NCBI GenBank assembly: GCA_965248445.1
Contig: CBDFJG010000004.1
Coordinates: 608,001 to 672,000, forward strand
DNA: 64,000 nucleotides
From: Planctomycetota bacterium
GTDB lineage: Bacteria > Planctomycetota > JAJSAM01 > JAJVHW01
Direction of reading: 5' to 3'
Under the pieces are notes generated by a model. That model searched no databases and was not told the origin of the DNA. It worked only from the letters and a program-made list of their open reading frames with translations. This document shows, one piece after another, positions 59,189 to 64,000 of this stretch; positions within the stretch are counted from its first letter, which is position 1, and the number at the start of each line of letters is the position of its first letter. The position numbers were made by a program, and so were the translations under genes.

Positions 59189-59784
59189 GGCGGCAGCCGC
59201 TCGAACGCGAGCAGGTGGCGTGCGCGCACGAACGCCACGCCACCGTCGCCGGCGGCGAGGTCCTCGGGTGCGGCGGCGGGCGTGTCGAACTGTTTCTCGC
59301 TGCCGTCCTCGAACGCGAGATGCACGCGTGGCGGCCGGTTCGTCTTCACGACGGACGGTTCGGTTGCGATCACCGTCGCCACGTGGCGCTCGACTGGGTG
59401 GCGCATCGTGTCGAGCAGTCGAAGGAGGCCGAACGCGGTCGCTCCCCCGCCTACGACCAGGAGCACCCAGTCGGCTCCGCTGCTCTTCCCGATCGCGTGC
59501 ACCGCCAGGAGAACGCCGACGGTTCCAACGAGAGCGCATCCGACGAGCACGAGGTTCGGCACCAGCTGCGGCCAGGTACGCGGGGTGCGCGTCAGGGCTT
59601 GCTGCAGGGCCGGATGCCCGCTCAGCATGACCAACTGCTCGGCGCGCTCGTCGTAGCGCGCGTGCGGAGCGGGCACCGCGCCGGCGAGTGGCGCGCCGCA
59701 CTCGCCGCAGAACGTGGCGTCCAGCCTCGCGACCGGTGCCTTGCACCGGCTGCACCGCTCAACCTGTACTTCGTTGCCCGCCAT
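59182..59784 (-). CDS. Zinc-ribbon, two-TM, DUF2500-like protein
   Basis: CSRC..CGEC, two TMs, AFEDGSE...GDGGVAFVR; same layout as 55022..55660. Confidence 0.6.
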   Translation of the reverse strand: MAGNEVQVERCSRCKAPVARLDATFCGECGAPLAGAVPAPHARYDERAEQLVMLSGHPALQQALTRTPRTWPQLVPNLVLVGCALVGTVGVLLAVHAIGKSSGADWVLLVVGGGATAFGLLRLLDTMRHPVERHVATVIATEPSVVKTNRPPRVHLAFEDGSEKQFDTPAAAPEDLAAGDGGVAFVRARHLLAFERLPPQ

Positions 59785-59852
59785 CGTCCTCACTCCGAAC
59801 CGCGGCCGGAGGACCGGGTTCGCACGGAGGGCAGGCTATCAGTGCCTCTCCG

Positions 59853-60751
59853 TTAGTGCCTGTGCTCGAAGCTGTACACGAACAGCAGTTCGTGATGACC
59901 CTGCGCGAAGCGGAGACGGCCACTGAAGTCGAGATCATCGTGACCAGAGCCACCGTCGAGCTCCACTTCGTCGTCGAAGTCGCTGTTGCGCAGGGTGACC
60001 TCGTCGTCGCCGCGGCCACCGTCGATCTCGACGTCGTCGTCGAAACCGCAGCCCTCCACGAGTATGTGATCGTCGTCGCGGCCGCCCTTGACGCCCACGT
60101 CCTCATCGAAGTCGGTCTCGGTGAGCAGTACCTCGTCGCTGCCCCGGCCGCCGACCACGCGGACCCTCGCGAAGCGCGTGAACGCGGAGAAGTGGATGAT
60201 GATGCGATCGTCGCCCTCGCCGCCGTGCAGTTTCACGCGGCCGAGCACGCGCACGTCGCGCAGTTGCACGTCGTCCCGTCCGTCCTGCGCCAGGATGCGA
60301 ACCGAACGACGGAACACGCAGTGGCCGGCCGTGATGATGCGATCGCGGCCGTCGCCGCCGTAGGCCGACATGCGGCGCCTGACAACGATGTCCTCCATGC
60401 GGAGCGTGTCGTGTCCGTCGTCCAAGCGCGCGCGCAGGTCGCGCACGTTCACGCCGATCACGTCGAAGTAGTCACTCCCGTCGCCTCCCTCGAGCCGCAG
60501 GGACCGCACGCCGCTCGCGATGACGGCGCCCGGCGCCCCATTGACGAGGGTCGTGCCGAGACCCAGGACCGTGATCTCGTCGGCGCCCGGGCCGGGGGTC
60601 ACCTCCACGTCGTTCGCGGCGGCGTCGCCGATCACGAGCGCGAGACCGTTCGGATCGACCGAGACAGACACGTCTCCGTCGGCCAGCGCCGGTGCCGCGA
60701 GCGCCAGGGTCAGCACTGCCGTCACCGCAGAGTCAGTTGGATGCCGCGCAT
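59853..60751 (-). CDS. Secreted Gly/Asp-repeat (GGxGDD) beta-solenoid protein, frameshift in the signal peptide
   Basis: AAGGAGGT SD and ATG 60751 (MRGIQLTL) are one base out of frame with AVTAVLTLALAAPALA; about 8 GGxGxD repeats. Confidence 0.65.
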
Positions 60752-60924
60752 TGCGCACCTCCTTGAGATCGGTCCCCGCAAGGACCGGACCGGTCTGACC
60801 CGCCACTCGGGAGGCTAACCTCCCCGCGGCGGACGTCATTCCGTGACCCCTGGTGTGTCCACGGTGTCTCTCCAGGGGGAATGCGCCCGAACCCCCGCCG
60901 GTTGATCGGCGCAGGAGGCCGTAC

Positions 60925-62055
60925 GTGAATTGCACCGTTGTTCGTCCCGCGCTGTTCGCGGCCTTGCTGACGGTCGCGGCCGGCTTCCCCTCCGCGGCAG
61001 GCGGCCAGGAGAAACCGGAGCTGCCTCCCATCTCTGAGGACTCCGGCTTCGCGTGGCTAGACGGGAACGACGACGTACCGGCCGTCGTGGCGCGTGACGA
61101 CGTGAAGAAGGGGATCGCCCGCTTCAAGGGGCACCCACGCGATGTGATCCCGCCGATCGACGAGCCCGTGTTCTATCCCTCCAACGACGCGGCACAGGCG
61201 CATCTCGGTCTGCGCGACGACGACCGGCTGCTCACCATCGAGATCGACGGCGACGCACGGGCCTACGCGACACGCATCCTGGACCGGCACGAGGTCGTGA
61301 ACGACACCGTCGCCGGCAAGCACCTCGCGATCATCTGGTGACCCCTCTGCCTGTCCGGGAGCGCGGTCTCCCGGACGCTCGGAGCCGTGAGTTCCAAAGA
61401 GTCGGGGCGGCCGGCGCAGGCTGAGATCACCGTGACAATCGGTGTCAGCGGCTACCTGATCAACAGCGACGTGTTGCTCTGGGACCGGGAGACGCAGACG
61501 CTTTGGTCGCAGATCGACGCCCGGGGCATCGCCGGACCGCGCGCGGGGTACGAGCTCACGCATCTGCCGATCGCCGACACGACGTGGCAGGCGTGGAAGA
61601 CGTCACATCCCGAGGGCCGGGTGCTGCGGGGCCCAATGCCGCCGAAACGCTACGCCGGCGGCTACCGGGGCTACCACGACTCGAACGGCGTCTTGTTCCC
61701 GCTCGCGCACGAGTCCGACCGCCTCCCGAAGAAGTCGGTGGTGACGGGTCTTCGCGTAGGCGGCGACTCCGCGTGCTGGTCACACGTCGGGCTGCGTAAA
61801 CGTTCAGCGGCGCGCGAGGAGACCGCCCGCGAGACTCCGCTTCACCTGACGGAGACGATCGGCGAGACCACGGTGCGGCTGACCTACGACCCCGTGGGTG
61901 ACAGCCTGACGGCCCACACCAAGGGGGAGCGTGACGAGGACGTCGCCGTCCCAACGCTCCGCATGTACTGGTTCGCCTGGTTCGCGTTCCATCCGCGCAC
62001 GCTGGTCGACGGCAAAGCGGCAACGCCGCCGCCCGACGGCGACGCGGGCGACTAG
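60925..62055 (+). CDS. DUF3179-family selenoprotein (W-U-P-L-C), secreted
   Basis: DVIPPIDEP, ARAY..RILDRHEVVND, in-frame TGA 61339-61341, then PLC, GVSGYLINS, DRETQTLWSQ and YWFAWFAFHP in one frame. Confidence 0.9.
61353..61376 (+). promoter_or_regulatory. Putative bacterial SECIS hairpin
   Basis: GTCCGGGAG-cgcggt-CTCCCGGAC, a perfect 9-bp stem starting 11 nt after the UGA. Confidence 0.78.
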
Positions 62056-62687
62056 TCGAGCCGGCGTCCGACGACCCAATCCTCGTGCTGGTTCCAGCCG
62101 ATGTATGCGCTGCCGTCCGCCGCGAGCCAGCAGTCGTCCACCCACGGATCGCCCGGTGCGCCCTCCCGCGGCCACGTGAACACGAGCCCGAGCCCGCCCG
62201 GCTCCCACATCGCGCCACGATGCTCCGCGTCGATCTCGCCGTCGGCACGCAGGTAGATCTCCCCCACGACGTTCCCGTTGACCGCGTGCTCCCAACGGCC
62301 GACGACCGCCGATGGATGCGGCCGCTCCCGCCGGATCTTCACGAACAGCCACGTGTCCGGCTTGTCCGGGTGAGGCCGCACCGGCCAGTACGCGTGGGAC
62401 ACGTAGTTCTCGCGCAATCGCAACATCATGGCGAGCTGGGCCGTCGGATCGTCGTACAGGACGAACACAAAAGGCGGCCGCTGGTCGTGCTGCCCGAAGG
62501 CGCCCCAGCCCCAGGTGCCGCGTAGCGGACGCGAATCCGGGGATTCTCGCGCGACCGGTCCGGCGTTGAGCACCTGATCCGGCGACCAGCGCAACTCCAG
62601 CCACGTCGGCGGGTCGGGGGTCGACAGGGCGAGCGCGCCGACGACGGCGAGCACGACGGCGGTGAGGATCAGAAGCCAGCGGGTCAC
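62052..62687 (-). CDS. Hypothetical secreted or membrane-anchored Trp-rich protein
   Basis: N-terminal hydrophobic helix, TAGGCT 6 nt before GTG. Confidence 0.55.
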   Translation of the reverse strand: MTRWLLILTAVVLAVVGALALSTPDPPTWLELRWSPDQVLNAGPVARESPDSRPLRGTWGWGAFGQHDQRPPFVFVLYDDPTAQLAMMLRLRENYVSHAYWPVRPHPDKPDTWLFVKIRRERPHPSAVVGRWEHAVNGNVVGEIYLRADGEIDAEHRGAMWEPGGLGLVFTWPREGAPGDPWVDDCWLAADGSAYIGWNQHEDWVVGRRLD

Positions 62688-62925
62688 GCGCCCAGCCTAC
62701 GCGCGATCGAGAGAGGCACCGGATGTAACCAATCGCCCTCCCCATACGCCCTAGGGGTGGGCGGTGGGGGGCGGGTGGATGGACGGCGCGGGTGGCCGGT
62801 CGCGGGCGGGCGGTGTTGCAGGCGCGGGAGCGTCGCTCCGAGTCGCTCCTCAGCATCGGGGTTCGCGGTGCCGCGGGGGTCCGCGCATACTGACGCCGGC
62901 GACCACCCTCTCTGGAGTCCCTGTC

Positions 62926-63621
62926 ATGCACCGTCTTGCACTCACCGTCATCGCCTTCGCCGGTCTGCTTTGCGCAGCACCGCTGCTCGCCGAGGAGAAG
63001 GCGACTCACGTCACCGAACCGGAATCCAAGATCAAGCTGCCGATCGAGCTGTCCGTGCTCGAGGGCACCGCGACGCACACGCTGACCGGCGTGGCGATTC
63101 GCGAGAAGACGATCTTCAAGGTCGACGTCTACGCGCTCGGCCATTACGTCGAGTCGGCCGCGGCAAAGAAGGACCTCGCCGCGTGGAAGGGCAAGACGGC
63201 CAAGCAACTTGCGGGCGACAAGGACTTCACCAAGAAGGTCCTCGCCCCCGGGTTCGCGCGCACGCTGCGCTTGCACCTGGCACGCGACGTGGATGCCGAT
63301 GACTTCAACGACGCGTTCGAGGACTCGCTCCTGCCGCGCGTCAAGAAGCTCATCAAGAAGGGCATCAAGGGCAGCGAGAAGGACGTCGAGACGCTCAAGG
63401 GCTACTTCACACTCGACGAACTGGCAGAAGGCACCAAGCTGGACTTCACGTGGACCAAGGACGGGAAGTTCACGTCCGTCATGAACGACAAGAAGCTCGG
63501 TGTCATGACGAGTCCCGCCCTCTGTGAAGCGATGTGGGACGTCTACTTCGGCTCCGACGCAATCCAGGACGAGTTCCCTACGAAACTCGTCGAGCGCTTC
63601 CCGGGCATCATCGGCAAGTAA
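62926..63621 (+). CDS. Chalcone-isomerase-like fold protein, secreted
   Basis: LTGVAIREKTIFKVDVYALGHY, LCEAMWDVYFG motifs. Confidence 0.82.
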   Translation: MHRLALTVIAFAGLLCAAPLLAEEKATHVTEPESKIKLPIELSVLEGTATHTLTGVAIREKTIFKVDVYALGHYVESAAAKKDLAAWKGKTAKQLAGDKDFTKKVLAPGFARTLRLHLARDVDADDFNDAFEDSLLPRVKKLIKKGIKGSEKDVETLKGYFTLDELAEGTKLDFTWTKDGKFTSVMNDKKLGVMTSPALCEAMWDVYFGSDAIQDEFPTKLVERFPGIIGK

Positions 63622-63638
63622 CCCGCCAGGAGACTCAC

Positions 63639-64000
63639 ATGCAACGCTGGCCCGCAGTTCTCGTCACCGCGTCTCTCATCGTCGGAGCGGCACTGCTTGT
63701 CCACACTGCTCTGGCCTTCGCCGAGCAGGGCCAGGGTCCCGTCGAGGGCGATAACGTCCGCATCGAGGACATGCGCCTCGGCGAGTACTGGTACGGCGCT
63801 GAGATCTCGCAGGAGGATCTCGTCGGCAAGGTGGTGCTCGTCGAAATGTGGGGCAGTTGAGTGGGCTGTCGGGCCATCACGCCCGAACTGGTCAGTCTGG
63901 CCAGCCGCCTCGAAGGAAAGCCGTTCCATCTGGTCGCGTCGTTCTGCCAGAAGGGCACGCGCGAAGACACCACGGCCTACATCAAGGGCAAGGGCCTCGC
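63639..64000 (+). CDS. TlpA/ResA thioredoxin-like selenoprotein (U-V-G-C), partial at the window edge
   Basis: Signal peptide, DLVGKVVLVEMWGS, TGA 63858-63860, then VGCRAITPELVSLASRLEGKPFHLVAS, open to the window end. Confidence 0.85.

Noticed and set aside
62926..63621. Flavonoid biosynthesis
   Set aside because: Bacterial chalcone-isomerase-fold proteins are generally non-catalytic or lipid-binding, and no pathway genes are nearby.
61339..63860. Genome-wide UGA reassignment (code 4 or 25) or simple nonsense pseudogenes
   Set aside because: TGA ends many intact genes in the window, and both internal TGAs fall exactly on redox Cys positions, which fits Sec better.

Overview
A very GC-rich, gene-dense bacterial window, plausibly from an uncultured Planctomycetota-like genome (inferred from protein style, not proven). 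It has about 50 CDSs: lysA, a glcDEF-type 2-hydroxyacid oxidase operon, two M14 peptidases, an M28 peptidase, a matrixin, a triple-domain FKBP, an RND pump pair, an ECF sigma/anti-sigma pair, an orphan GspG-like pseudopilin, and many secreted HEAT, Ig-like or beta-helix proteins. An IS3-family element abuts an IS66 transposase remnant in a scarred region at about 20.3-25.1 kb. The best signals missed by the ORF track are: (1) two secreted UxxC selenoprotein genes (DUF3179 and TlpA-like) with in-frame UGA and downstream hairpins; (2) a large secreted protein carrying short in-frame peptide blocks that look borrowed from unrelated families; (3) a promoter, leader peptide and hairpin attenuator ahead of an uncharacterised gene; (4) a probable ATC start codon and many leaderless genes. 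Five single-site frameshifts suggest indel errors in the assembly. I recognised no rRNA, tRNA or CRISPR array. All family calls come from motif recognition, with no database search.
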